This document shows positions 1 to 12,264 of a DNA stretch of 64,000 nt, piece after piece. A program made the position numbers and the translations under genes. The notes below the pieces were generated by a model that was not told the DNA's origin, did not search any database, and saw only the letters and a program-made list of their open reading frames with translations. How positions within the stretch are numbered: position 1 is the first letter of the stretch; each line of letters opens with the position of its first letter. The stretch comes from Adineta vaga (lineage: Eukaryota; Animalia; Rotifera). Location of the stretch: assembly GCA_021613535.1 (NCBI GenBank), contig CP075492.1, forward strand, positions 12,710,001-12,774,000, written 5' to 3'.

Positions 1-605
1 AACATCTTTCTCAATTACAACTGAGTAGAAATTGAATAGTTTATTTGTTCGAAATTGGTATGGTGATTTATGTGAACACGGGAAAGTAACGAAACAAGTT
101 TTGTCTCTACAATGGGCTCACTTTTTCAATTCTTTCTTCTTTCTTCTTTCTTTCTTTCTTTCGTCATGAAAGCAGAACAGAGATTTGCTAGGAAACAGAT
201 TTTTTCTGCCGTTCTTTTTTCTTTCTCTTTGTCTCATTTTGTTTTCCATTCTTCTTGTGAAATCACTTTATTGTTTTGTTTTCAGGTGAACGAATGTAAA
301 GATCGAAAAGGAAAAGAAAAGTGACGAAAGCAAGCAAAACATAATAAGACGGCACTTTTCGCCCAGATTTGTGGTTGTTTTTATTTTTGTTACATATCGA
401 AATTTCACTTAGTGATGTTAACTATGTATCTAAGGTTTCTATTTGTTATGACGACAAATCGCATCCATTAATCGTATCCAAACGAAGAAGAGAAAAAGAT
501 TTCAGTTCTGTTGGATTTTTTTTCTCTGCAGTTCATATAGAAAGATTTTCTCGTGAGAATCTAACGACTTGAACTCAACTTAGAATATGTGAAGAAGAGA
601 TCGGT

Positions 606-854
606 TTAGCAAACCTGAATTTCAACATCATGTTGTGCTTTATCCATGCTAGCTGGATCGTAGAGTTTGTTCCATATACGATCATGTTGTAAATTGGCTA
701 ATGGATCGACCATATCTGAACGACTTGTATGTGAAATAACATTTCCATGATGGGAATGTCCAACTGATCGTTGAGTATTTCCACCTGTATTTCGTGCACC
801 TTTCGATGGATCTGTTATTTCGTATTCATAAGTGTATTCATAGGTAGTACCCAT
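606..854 (-). CDS. small intronless hypothetical protein (82 aa)
   Basis: Clean ATG-to-TAA ORF, GC-richer than flanks, protein-like composition (MGTTYEYTYEYEITDPSKG...DVEIQVC); no family recognised. Confidence 0.5.
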   Translation of the reverse strand: MGTTYEYTYEYEITDPSKGARNTGGNTQRSVGHSHHGNVISHTSRSDMVDPLANLQHDRIWNKLYDPASMDKAQHDVEIQVC

Positions 855-1232
855 TTCTTTTTCTTTACAAAACTCAAATCAATCTCTGCTGACGTTATTA
901 TTCTCGAACTCGAAAATAATAAAAATGAAAATATTATGTAGAAAATCGAAGAAAAAGAAAAAGAATAGATGAAGATTAAACAGAATAACAAAATCTTTCT
1001 TTTGTTTTGCTACCATGCCAGCCGTACATTCTCTCTCTCTTCTTGTTTCGTTGATGTTTTATAATGAAAATCTTGTACTATTATTTAAAAGAACAAAACC
1101 AAAAATAGACATCTTTCTCGCCTAATTCTGTTATTACTTGACAAAATATTTCGAATGGAAATGAACGAACGTAAATCAAGCGCTCATTTCTTATTTATAT
1201 CTTTTGCATAATCTCGTTTTCGATTTTAAAAA

Positions 1233-1451
1233 ATGGGTAGTAGTAGTTCAAGTTCATCGACAGCGAAGAATTCTGATTGTTATCTACAGAATAAACTTGA
1301 ACGACAACAATGTTTACAAACTCATTCAAATAATGATATTATCACTTCGAAAACTTTATTTGAAAATAATCCCTTAAAAAGAAATTGTTCATTTCCATGT
1401 AATGAAAATAGACGAACGACAATGATGCACAATATGAAACCTAACAATTAA
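1233..1451 (+). other. short MG-start ORF, possibly a decayed gene
   Basis: MGSSSSSSSTAK N-myristoylation-like start after AAAA ATG context; downstream sequence has GAA-repeat (poly-Glu-like) but interrupted frames. Confidence 0.25.
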
Positions 1452-1841
1452 ACCATCATTGTACATTGGCACGTGCTGTCCTCTAGAGCATCGATTTCTT
1501 AATGGTTACACAATTATTCTAGAATAGAAACTGAAGAAGAAGAAGAAGAAGAAAAAAGAACATTATGATCTGAAACTGAATTACCCATATTTTTCTCTTG
1601 TGAACAACTACTTTAAGTTTTGTTTTAAAAAGCTTTCAATTTCTTTCAAGGAAATAAAAAGTATTGATTCTCTGAGAACGTACTTTACGTTCACACTGAA
1701 AAGGTAATTTAGTCAATGATGATATGCTTGATTGTGCTTTTCGTTTCAGATGTTTTTCGTTTGTTTTCATTTGATTCAAACGAATATCATCGTTGTTATT
1801 GATCCTATCAATTGAATCTCTTGAGAAAGATTCATTTATTC

Positions 1842-3757
1842 ATGGATGATTTCATGAATGATTTAGAAGCAGGACTAAATTATAATCCTGCTCGACATAT
1901 GAATAAAAAAATGAAAAAACGTAAACAACTTGATGCACTTTTAAAATTTCGTTCAACAAAATCGAATCGATTACCTAATCAAGTAATTCATACTTCTGAA
2001 GATGAACTATTTCTACCCGAAAAGAAATCTTCTCTTCCAATTCAATTGTAAGTGATAGAAATCTAGAAAGTATGTCAATTATTCATGTTGCATTTTTATA
2101 GACAATCATCACGATATCGTCGATGGTGGAGTTATACTCGACATCTTTTTTCCTTTTGTCTTGTCTGTATCTTTATGATTGTTTGGTAAATTTTGACGTT
2201 TGTTTTCTTCGAAATCGATTATTATTCGTTTCTTTTTCTAGTGTTGGGTTAGCTTATGCAAATATAGAATTAAAAAGTGAAGTACAAAATTTATCTTCAC
2301 GTGTTACTGAAAGTAAGAAGAATAAATAGAATTCGAAAGGAATGTTTCCTTTTGTTTTGTTTAGTTGAAAAACGTTTTTCCAATTCGGATATAAATCGTG
2401 TGATATCTTCGATTGAAAAAATAAGAAGTCGTTTGAATTTAATCGAAAGATGGAATGTGTCGTATGTATATCAGCGATTACAAAAGTTACAAACGGATTT
2501 TAATCAAATTAAACGAAATGTTCTATCAGTTGAGGTAGAGAATCACTTACAAATATCGATTGTTCTTATTGTGAATGTTGATTTAGACATCAATGAATCA
2601 TGAAGAAGTCGATGTTTCATCGAAATTAGATAAAATTGAAGAAAAGTCAACACATTTTTCTGAAGTTGCTGATGAATTAGAAGTAAGAATTTGTCATGTG
2701 TGCAATCATTCAATGATCATTTTTGGTTTTTTTTATTTAGAAACTAAGTCATGATGCTGACGAACAAGCTACACATATGGTTGCTGAAAAAACGAAACCA
2801 TTCGATAGAAGTTTAATTGAACATTTATTGGAACAAGAACGACGAGAAAATGTTGATCAAGTTAGATTGATACAAAGAAATTTTGTTTATAAGGAAGATT
2901 TCTTTTTCACTTTAGGATTCAAAACAATTGACCAAACATATTACCTCATTAAATGATACTCTCTATGCAAATTCAATGAAATGGCATGAAGAATTAAAAT
3001 CTCTTCGAGTAAATTATTATGATTTCAATAAAAATTCAAAAGATACTCATCGTTTAGTTTTAGATCGAACTTCAAAGTCTGAATCAAAGTTCGAAAATAC
3101 AAGAATTCATCCTACAATTGCAAGAATTGTCTACCTTTATGCATAATTCAACAGAAAAGGTATAGAATTTATTCATTTTTATTTGTATACAGTAGGTGTT
3201 TTTTTTACATAGACATCGATAATAACGACAAGTTTACAAACAGATCTGGATCGATTAAGAACTCAATTAGAGACATGTAAATGCTCAAAAGGTAATCTTA
3301 GAATGATTTCAATTCTTAACCTATTCGAATTTCTTCAGAACCAACTATTTTGAAACCATCAATTGTAGATAGCAATCAACTACAACAAAGTCTTGTTACC
3401 AAACCTAATAGTAAGTTTATTGAATCTATTCATGGACTGATTAATCCTTTGATTCAAAGATCCTGTCTATTACGTTATTAATTCCTATTTAGATGTTGAC
3501 AAACTACTCTCATCTTCTTCCGTGACGGGCAGTACCACTATTGTTTCTACAGACAGTATGTGTTTTTTTGCTAGGTCAATTTCATTTTTCAATCTCATAT
3601 TTCTTTCTCTTAGCAGTCAATTTATCAAAGAAAACTGATCGTAACAATACAATTGATAGTAAGTGATATACATTTATTTTTTGAATAATTTCGTTTTGTA
3701 ATTTTTCTTTTTTTAGTCGCTCAAATTCTCAATCAATCGTTGACACTTTCGAACTAA
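1842..3757 (+). CDS. EFCAB14: EFCAB14-like type II membrane coiled-coil protein (multi-exon)
   Basis: MKKRKQLDALL resembles the EFCAB14 N-terminus MKKRKELNALI; TM segment FCLVCIFMI/VGLAYANIELK followed by long coiled coil; many short GT-AG introns; TAA at 3755-3757. Confidence 0.6.
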
Positions 3758-4050
3758 TTCTATTGGTCCCGAAATCTTGCTTTCTTCTTTAAATCGATTG
3801 ATTGATTGATCATCCCACATTTGTGTATACTTCTCTTGTGCTTTTTTACTTCGTCCGTGAACAGTTCTTGTTAATGTTTAATGTCTATTTGATGCTCTTA
3901 TTGCCGGTGAGCATGAATACCACATAGAAATCTCTTCGTCTCTCTCTCTCTTTTCGGTTTTGCTACATTTTCTTTTGTATCATAAATAAATAAAAAAAAG
4001 CACAAAAGACGAAATCTTATTTGATATCGTTCGTTTTTTTTAAGAAGAGA

Positions 4051-5032
4051 ATGGATCGTAATCATTACAATTTATATGTAAGCAATATTTCGGATAGAAC
4101 GACTGAAGCAAGTTTAATGTAAGTTTTCAACGATGTATCAATTAAGATTGATTGAACAAATCAAATTTTATTTCAGTAAATATTTTTCACAATTTGGAAA
4201 AATTGAATGTTTTACTTTTTTAATAAAATGTTATCGACGTCATACTTCAGCTGCAATGATTACATATGCAAGACAAACGGATATGAATTATATTATTCAA
4301 CATAGTCAATGTGTAGAATTTGATAATCAGACTTTATTCCTCCGTCGTACATTACCAATGGAACGTCCTGCATTCGAACGTTTTATGTCATCGAATGAAT
4401 TATTGGTATCGTTACCTTCTCTTTCGAAGGATCAACAATTTAATGATGTAACTATACGAATGCATTTCAGTCAATATGGTTCTATTGTTTTTTGTCGAGC
4501 AGTTATACCTTCAACAACATACTTGATTGATTTTGTCAATTCGAATAGTGTCGATTGTGCAATACTTGACGAACCACATTTTTATAATGATAAACAATTA
4601 ATACTTCGAAAGTATGTTTCAATAAATCGTCTTGGATTACGTCAGACGAATCGAACCTTATCATTTCAAGGAAATATGATGAGTCGATCTAATTTAAGAG
4701 AACGAATTCGTCGATTAAATCATGTCATAGAAGCAATTGAATTTGGACGCAAAGTTGAAATACGTTTAACTAAATGTATGTATGAAGAAAAAAAAGTCAA
4801 ATTAAATAAAAAACAAGATGAAGAAATAAACAGTTTACGAGAAAAATCAAATGATTTAAATTCAACTATTAAAAAACTCAATAAAAGCAATGATTCATTG
4901 AAACTATTATTCGAACAAAGTCGACGAAGAAAAGCACAACTAATTCGTTTGTATAAAGATAAACTTCAACAGGAACAAAAGCGAATTAAAGAATTAAAAG
5001 AAGCAATCGATCTATTGAAGTTATTTGAATGA
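4051..5032 (+). CDS. two-RRM RNA-binding protein with C-terminal coiled coil
   Basis: MDRNHYNLYVSNIS...KYFSQFGKIE (RRM1; intron 4119-4176); HFSQYGSIV...DFVNSNSVDCAILDEPH (hnRNP A-like RRM2); heptad-rich tail. Confidence 0.75.
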
Positions 5033-5331
5033 AGAAATATTATTTTTTGTTTTTCAAAATCTTGTGAATGCAGATATTGAATGTTATGAAATTTTGTTAG
5101 TACCCTTTTTTTTTGTATTGAATAGGATTTATATTAAAAGTATGAATGGTAAGAGACAATTGTCAAATTATTCGATTTAGTTTCCGTCGTGTGAACTTTG
5201 TCTCATAAAACAGAAATTTTTCAAAACAAAATCAGAGAACGTATCGTGAATAAGAATTGAATGCTTGAATATATATTATATACTATAATTACAAATTTGC
5301 TAGATTAAGTAAAAAAAACAACAACATATGC

Positions 5332-6366
5332 TTATTTCTTTATTTTCATTTTTGATTCTGTAGTTGTCACTTGTACTGCTTTGCCTGATGTGAACCAAGC
5401 ATCTGCATCTTTATTCTCCTTTGGAGTTGGAATATCAGCACGTGAACGTTTCTTTTCTTCAGCAGAAATCTTATAGTATTCATCACGTTGACGTAATAAT
5501 TCTTGATTTAGTTGTCCATCTTGAGTGAAAGCCATCATCAATTGAGGCACACCGAAAGGAAGTGAATCACCACGATCGACTTGCCATGCTAAAGAAGAAA
5601 AAAACAACATCAATATTCTTGAAATCTTCATTTTTATTCTCGGAAAAAATCTATCACTTACTATGAAATGTTTTTCCATAAGTATGAATTAATTCTTTCA
5701 TAACTTCTCTTTCGGCAATATCTGGTACACCAGGTGTAACTAATGTACCACTTTTAACTTCATAAACATGTGAATGCCATAATTTCTTTTCTTCCGAGGG
5801 TAATTGATTGAAAAGTTCTTCAGAAATGATATACTCAACACCAATAAGACGTGCATCTGGACGATCACTATCATAGATAACACATTGTCGAACATCTTGG
5901 TTAATATGCGAACAATAATGATGAGCAATTAACTGTCGAGTCATATCGCCTAAGGTGAAAAATAAATTATTTTACTTTTCTGAGAAACTCATTATTGATT
6001 ATTTACCGGAATAAAAATGGAAACCACAGACATGTTGATGAATAGTATTCACTGGTGCAAAATGACCCTAAATAAAGACGATATTTCTCTTCGATCCGTG
6101 ACTGATCGATAGTTACATACTGCCATTCGAGCACCCATATCAAGAATATGTCCTACGATGTATCACAAAGAAAATATCAATCAAACAATCAGATTAAAAC
6201 TTCTTCTTTTCGAAATACCTTTCACAGTCATTTTTGATCCTGGTGTATGATGATCATGTTGATGTCCACTATGTTGATGTTCGCTTGATACTGGTTTCCA
6301 TTGAAAGACTTTTGCAGCACCTAGACCTGTACCGAAAGCTAATGCATAACCTAACAATCTTCGCAT
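5332..6366 (-). CDS. DUF1264 / oil-body-associated protein (OBAP)-like
   Basis: 5 exons; motifs HVCGFHFY, RQLIAHHYCSH, QCVIYDS..ARLIGVEYII, LWHSHVYEVKSG, TYGKTFHTWQVDRGD.LP.G.PQLMM. Confidence 0.9.
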
Positions 6367-6508
6367 ATTAATCTATAATTTGTGATGAGATATATATTTC
6401 TATTTATTGATATCTCTGTTTTGTTTTTGTTTCGAATGTTCGATTAAGAGAAAAAAAAAGCAACTATACATTTTTCACACATATACATAATACACAAGAA
6501 AAATGTCT

Positions 6509-8885
6509 CTAATGAGCTATTGTTTTATGCAAGAGAAGTCCTGCAACTGATCCGCGTTCATTTAAAGCTGTTCGTAATCGATTTTCTTTTTCAATCAGTT
6601 CTTCAAAACGCATTAACTAGAAGAAGAAGAAGAAGAAAGAAAACTGTTCTACAAAATATTGAATGAATAATATTCAAAATACTTCATGAAGTCGTTCAAG
6701 ATCAATTTGAGCACGTCGTCGTCGATCCCATTTGAAATGTTTTGAACATAACCTTTTTGGTGCTGTACATAATTCATCGGATATTTCAAATAAATTTCTC
6801 TCTAATGGACATCCACATGCTTCATCAGGACTGATCTGAAAGAATCGAATGTACATACATTTTTCATTTGTTAAAACAATTAAATCAAACTTACTTTTGG
6901 ATCTCGAGCATGTTCTGGACAAATAACTTTAAGTCGTTTACAGTAAAGATTATTTGTTCGATCATAATTATCACAGAATAAACCTTCAATATTGGATTTC
7001 ACATTTGATCCATACGAGACTTGACTTTCAAACTGAAATATCAATACTCATTATATTTATCTTCAATGTTTAGCACTCATATGACTGCTTACAAACAAAT
7101 ATCGACTATAATTTACTGCTCTTTTTATCACAGAAGAAACGTACCCAATACCCTTTTCTTCAGAGACTAACCACGAAAAAAAGGAGAGAAGAACTGATAT
7201 GACTCATCATCGTGTGCCTCAAAAGTGTTTCTAGTCCGAAAATAGATATTCGATAGTTAACAAAGAACTGTTTCTTTACCCGAATAAAACATTTATCAAT
7301 ATGACGTATATAAGATTTTTGACTAATTTCTTGATTACATAAAATACAAAAACACATGCCATCATGTTCATCATTAGTAGTGTCATATTTCTGAAGTATA
7401 AAATCATTTATACAGATATTGAGTATATAATCCACTTACATCCGCATCTTTTGTCGCTTTTAATTGCTTTCCACGTTCAATAATTTCATCTAATTGTCGT
7501 TGTCGTTCATCGAGTACTGTTAAACGTTGTTTGATTTGATCAATTTCAATTCGAATATCTTCAATTGATGCTTTATTTAAAGCATCAGCAACTGAAGGAA
7601 TTGTTTGCCATTGCATTAAACGCATTGGAAGAAATTGGAGAAGTCGACTGCAATGAATAAATTGAGAATAAAATCAGACAAAAAAGAACCAGGTTTTTCG
7701 TATACTTTCGTGCTAATTCTAATCCACATTTCTCTGAACAATATTTTGACTCTGAACGAGCTTCAAAAAGACAACCTGGACCATAGCATTGTCGAGCAGG
7801 AGGTTCCGTTGTACGACGTCGACGGTTTCGGGCACTAAGATTTTTTGTATCATCCTAAATAGTCCTCTTTAATGCTTTATGTATTGTCAAGAAAATAAAA
7901 ACTAACCTCATCGTTTAAATCTATTTGTGGTTCTCGTTTGAGGGTAGTTATTCCACTTCCACTAATATTTCGTTTTCGTTTTTCACTGGTACCGACATTT
8001 TTAGTTGTTAATGTACGTTTTGTGGTATGTTTTACTTCATGATCATCACGTGATGACAATGGAGATTCTTGCTGAGCACCAGTTGAACGATTTATATTCG
8101 AAGTATTTCCATGTAAAACTTGTTTTTGTCGAGACATAACATTTGCTGCTGATGATGACGATGAATCCGATTGATTACTAGTTGAATCTTCATTTCCAAA
8201 TTGATCCATACTATTTGAATGTTCTCGATTTTTTCGATCAATCTATAAAAGAAAAATAGGTTTTGAAAAACATAGTCATGATGTTAATCTGTAACCTACA
8301 GATGATGTGTCCAATTGTTTGGCGGAAGGATTTAATAATTCTGCTTCTTTACGTAATCTTCGCTAGAATAAAAATAATTGCTTTAATCTCTACTATCTCA
8401 ATAATAGAAGTATTTCTTCGATTCACATACAGTTTATTTTTATTATAAAAAGAGAAAGAATAATCGAAGAGAAAAAGCTTACCCGAATACATTTACTTAA
8501 TCTTTCTTCAATATCTTTTTGTGATTTGCTATATTTAATTTGTAAACTAGGTTTCTTATCTATTGAAATATATTTTCTTCAAAATAACATTTATTCAAAG
8601 TAAAACTTACGTCGACATTGATGACAAAAGAAGTTTTCGATTTTTCCAGATTCTTTTTCGCTCATACCAATACATATACCATGATACCAAATATTACATG
8701 CATCACAAGCACTACAAAAACTTATGTATATTCAATCAAATCTAATCCAATATTTCTTACATCATAAATGTCGAACAATCACTTGATCGACATAAACAAT
8801 ATAAAGTTTGTCCATCACCTAGACTGGAATTTGATAATGATTTTTGACTCAATGATCCGGACGGATGTTTTAATATTGATGACAT
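6509..8885 (-). CDS. CXXC1: CXXC1/Cfp1/Spp1, COMPASS PHD-finger subunit
   Basis: PHD: YCLCRSSDCSTFMICCDACNIWYHGICIG; QCYGPGC...SKYCSEKCG; C-terminal zf-CpG_bind_C region ending GLLLHKTIAH*. Confidence 0.9.
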
Positions 8886-8954
8886 CTGAAAGATATCAAA
8901 AGAAACCAGTGCCTAATCTTTTTTTTTTACAAACAAGAAAAATGTTTTTGTTTT

Positions 8955-9209
8955 TCAAAAATCAAGTAATAATTGCATAAGAATTTTTTCTAAATGTTGA
9001 ATATCCACTTGAATTGTTCCTTCAGATGATGCTTGTTGAATAGTACGTGTAAATGCTTGAGTAATAAATACAAAAATCAATTCAGTAAATAATTTCACCA
9101 TATCACTTGATAAACGTGAAGATTTCTCTTCTGGTAGAAAATGTTTTAATAATTTCGTGATTAGTTCAGTTTTAAGATAATCATTATTACGATTGGTTAT
9201 TTCACTCAT
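8955..9209 (-). CDS. CENPX: centromere protein X / MHF2 (histone fold)
   Basis: 84-aa intronless ORF ending VDIQHLEKILMQLLLDF, the CENP-X C-terminal signature. Confidence 0.9.
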   Translation of the reverse strand: MSEITNRNNDYLKTELITKLLKHFLPEEKSSRLSSDMVKLFTELIFVFITQAFTRTIQQASSEGTIQVDIQHLEKILMQLLLDF

Positions 9210-9220
9210 CTAGAAAGAAA

Positions 9221-11279
9221 TCAAATATATTTTATTGAAATATACATAATCAAAATAGATAGAAAATAAGAGAAAAAAGAAGTTTCTATTAATAAAATCG
9301 AAGAAGAATGATTGTAATCTGATGACCATGTATTATTATCATCAGAACATTTTCTATTCAAATCAGTTAAATGATCCGGTAAGATTAATAATTCACGTTT
9401 GGCTGCATTAAATAATGGAAATGGACCTTCATTACAAACATCACCTATTTTATCATCAAGATCAAATGACCAAATAATTACACCACCATAACCATGATCT
9501 TTCAAATATTTCATCTAATATAAAGAAAAGACTATTTGAACGAATGGAAAGAAATCGTTTTATATTACTTTTAATGTAACACTACGAACATTATCAAATC
9601 CAATCCATAGAGATTTACTCGAAACATATGGAACACTCATTTCACGATGCCAATAGACACGGTTACTTGGATTATTTTTGAGCATTTCACAGATCTATTG
9701 AAAAACAAGAAACTCTCAATAGATTTTAATTTAAAATTTACTTCATAATAAGACAACACTCCTGCTTCCCGTGTATATTTTCCAGCTTCAGCTGCACTTG
9801 CTTTGACACCAATGGATGATTTTCTTCGAGCTACTGATTTTCCATTTCCCATTCCTGTTTCTCCCATCAACGAGAAAGCTCTCCCTACAATGATCATACA
9901 AATTCAAACTAATCATCTAATAGAACAAACCATAAGCTGAAAGACCAATATTTAGTTTTTCTTTTGGACAGCCTAATTCTTCCCATACATGCATGGAACT
10001 ATTAATATTCCATTCACGAAATTTTTTTCGTTCATTACGCATTGCATACAATGGACTGTTATGTCCAGTTTTTCCATCCCAACTGCCATGATAATCATCT
10101 AGATAATATGAAAAGAAATGAGAGACAAATGAATTGTAAGTTGATTTCACGAATTCATTTACATGTCATTACAGAGACAAAATCAAAATATCTAAATAGA
10201 ATAAAGAAATGATTCAATCAGTTGAATAGAAACTCCTTATCATACTTGCAAACTTCTTCGACTTCATAACCAGCTTCAATTCGATGTCGTGCAGCCGCTA
10301 AAATAATATCAGTTAATAGAACAATCTTTTTCTTCGAAAAATCTCTTTGATATATATACCTGTGGCACATGTAAGTAATAATTTTTCTTTCCCTGTTTCT
10401 TCAGCTTCATTTTGAAAGACTTCACTTAATTTCTATTTTGAATTCCATTTACAATCATTCTCATCATTATTCTCTCATACCTTTACTAATTTTGTATAAC
10501 CCGTTTTAGAATGTGGTTCTGCTCCTTGATCTTTTGCACCTGGGTACTCCTGATTGTCGAAAAACAAAGATAGATATATATATATATCTTACTAAATCTA
10601 AAGGAGAATTCATTTGATCTATTTACCCAATCTAAATCTAATCCATCAAATTTATTATCTCGTAAAAACTTCACGCTATTCTTAGCAAACGTTTTTCTAT
10701 ATAAAAAAAATGATATTTTTTCAATTTCTTTTATTAAATAAAAACAAATCATCACATACATATTTGCTGCCGTTTTTGATACATCATTAAATCCACGTGA
10801 TGCATGTGTCCATCCTCCGACACTCAATAGTACACGTAGATCAGGATTCGTTTCTTTTAATTGTAATATTCGTTCATACATGCCTTTAGAACTTGCAGTC
10901 CATCCTTTTAAATCATCTTCTTCATAAGGTGCGATCGTTAAACTTTCCAGAACTTTACCAAAAGCAAAATTAATATGTGTACATAGAAATGGATCGATAT
11001 CTTCTGGAGTTAAGCGACTAATATTATCATATCTTTTTGCTGCCCAGTTAGCAAAATAACAACTAAGTTTAAATTATAATGACGAAAATACAAAGAATGA
11101 TTCACGTAAACTTACACACGTCGATAAACAAATGATGCATTTGATGTTTCATTTTGACAATTTCCTCGAACTAAAAACGAAAAAGATAAAAATTATTATT
11201 TATTTGATTTTAAATTATAATTACCGTGTTGAATGATTAACAAGACAATTAACGTAAGAGAAATTGAAATACTTGTCAT
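9221..11279 (-). CDS. GH18 chitinase with signal peptide and C-terminal hydrophobic (GPI-like) tail
   Basis: CYFANWA, LCTHINFAF, VLLSVGGW, catalytic DGLDLDW/EYP split by an intron, YDYHGSW, GGVIIWSFDLDD; multi-exon. Confidence 0.92.
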
Positions 11280-11493
11280 TATTGTACAATGACAACTAAA
11301 TTATTTCATTCTTCGTTCGTTGAAATCAAACAAAGCATTCTAATCTCTTTTACTTTCGTTTTCAATACGAATGAATGTGTGTATATATTTGTCAACAAAC
11401 GATTGAAGAGAGAAAGACAACGAGACAAAACGATGAATGTCATAGAAAAAAAAAGCAACAAAACTAATTTATTTATTTGTTTTTCTTTGATCT

Positions 11494-12194
11494 TTAGTGT
11501 GGAATACCAAACATTGAAAAAACAATACGTGTAACAAAAGGAGCTAAACGTACAATAACTGAACATTCAAAAATGCCAAAGAAAATGCCTGCGATTACAT
11601 CAGAAACATAATGTCGTCCTAATATGACTCGTGAGACAACAACAAGACTCAACCAAATGACAATAATTGGAGATGGAATACGTTTGAAAAAGGATGTTTG
11701 AATAAAGTAGAAAAGAAGAAAAACTGCTCGAGATGTATGACCACTCGGAAAAGAAAATTTATCAGGTCCAATTGATAGAACATCATCATGATTAACAATT
11801 GGTCGTGATCGACGTGTTAAACCTTTCGCTGTTCCAATGATAGCAATATCAAACATGAGACCGGTAAATAATAAAATGAAGTGCATTGCTTCATGTATAG
11901 AGGTATAATGTAGTGCGATCATAATAATTGAATACGGTATCCAAACATAACCTGAACCGGAAAATTCCAAAGCAATTGCAAATTTTCGAAAAGATATATA
12001 CGCTGAATCTAATCGAGCACATATGGCCCAACGAAGTGAGATTTCATGATCGTAGGAATTAAGTTGTTTCAACATCTGAAAAATGTTATGAAGAATAAAC
12101 CCATATAATATTGACATTTATTTAATTTAACAAAAGCAGTTGAAAGAAAAGATAGTAATCTGGAAGCTAGACCTTTTTTTGTTGTTGCAATCAT
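11494..12194 (-). CDS. PLPP6: PAP2-family polyisoprenoid diphosphate phosphatase (PLPP6-like); alternative start at 12075
   Basis: KGLTRRSRP, DKFSFPSGHTSRA, SRVILGRHYVSD motifs; putative 56-nt intron 12076-12131. Confidence 0.85.
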
Positions 12195-12264
12195 TCTTGA
12201 AATGTAAGACTCCTTTTTTCTTAAAAAGCCACACACACACACAAATACGTAGAGAAATGCAGGA

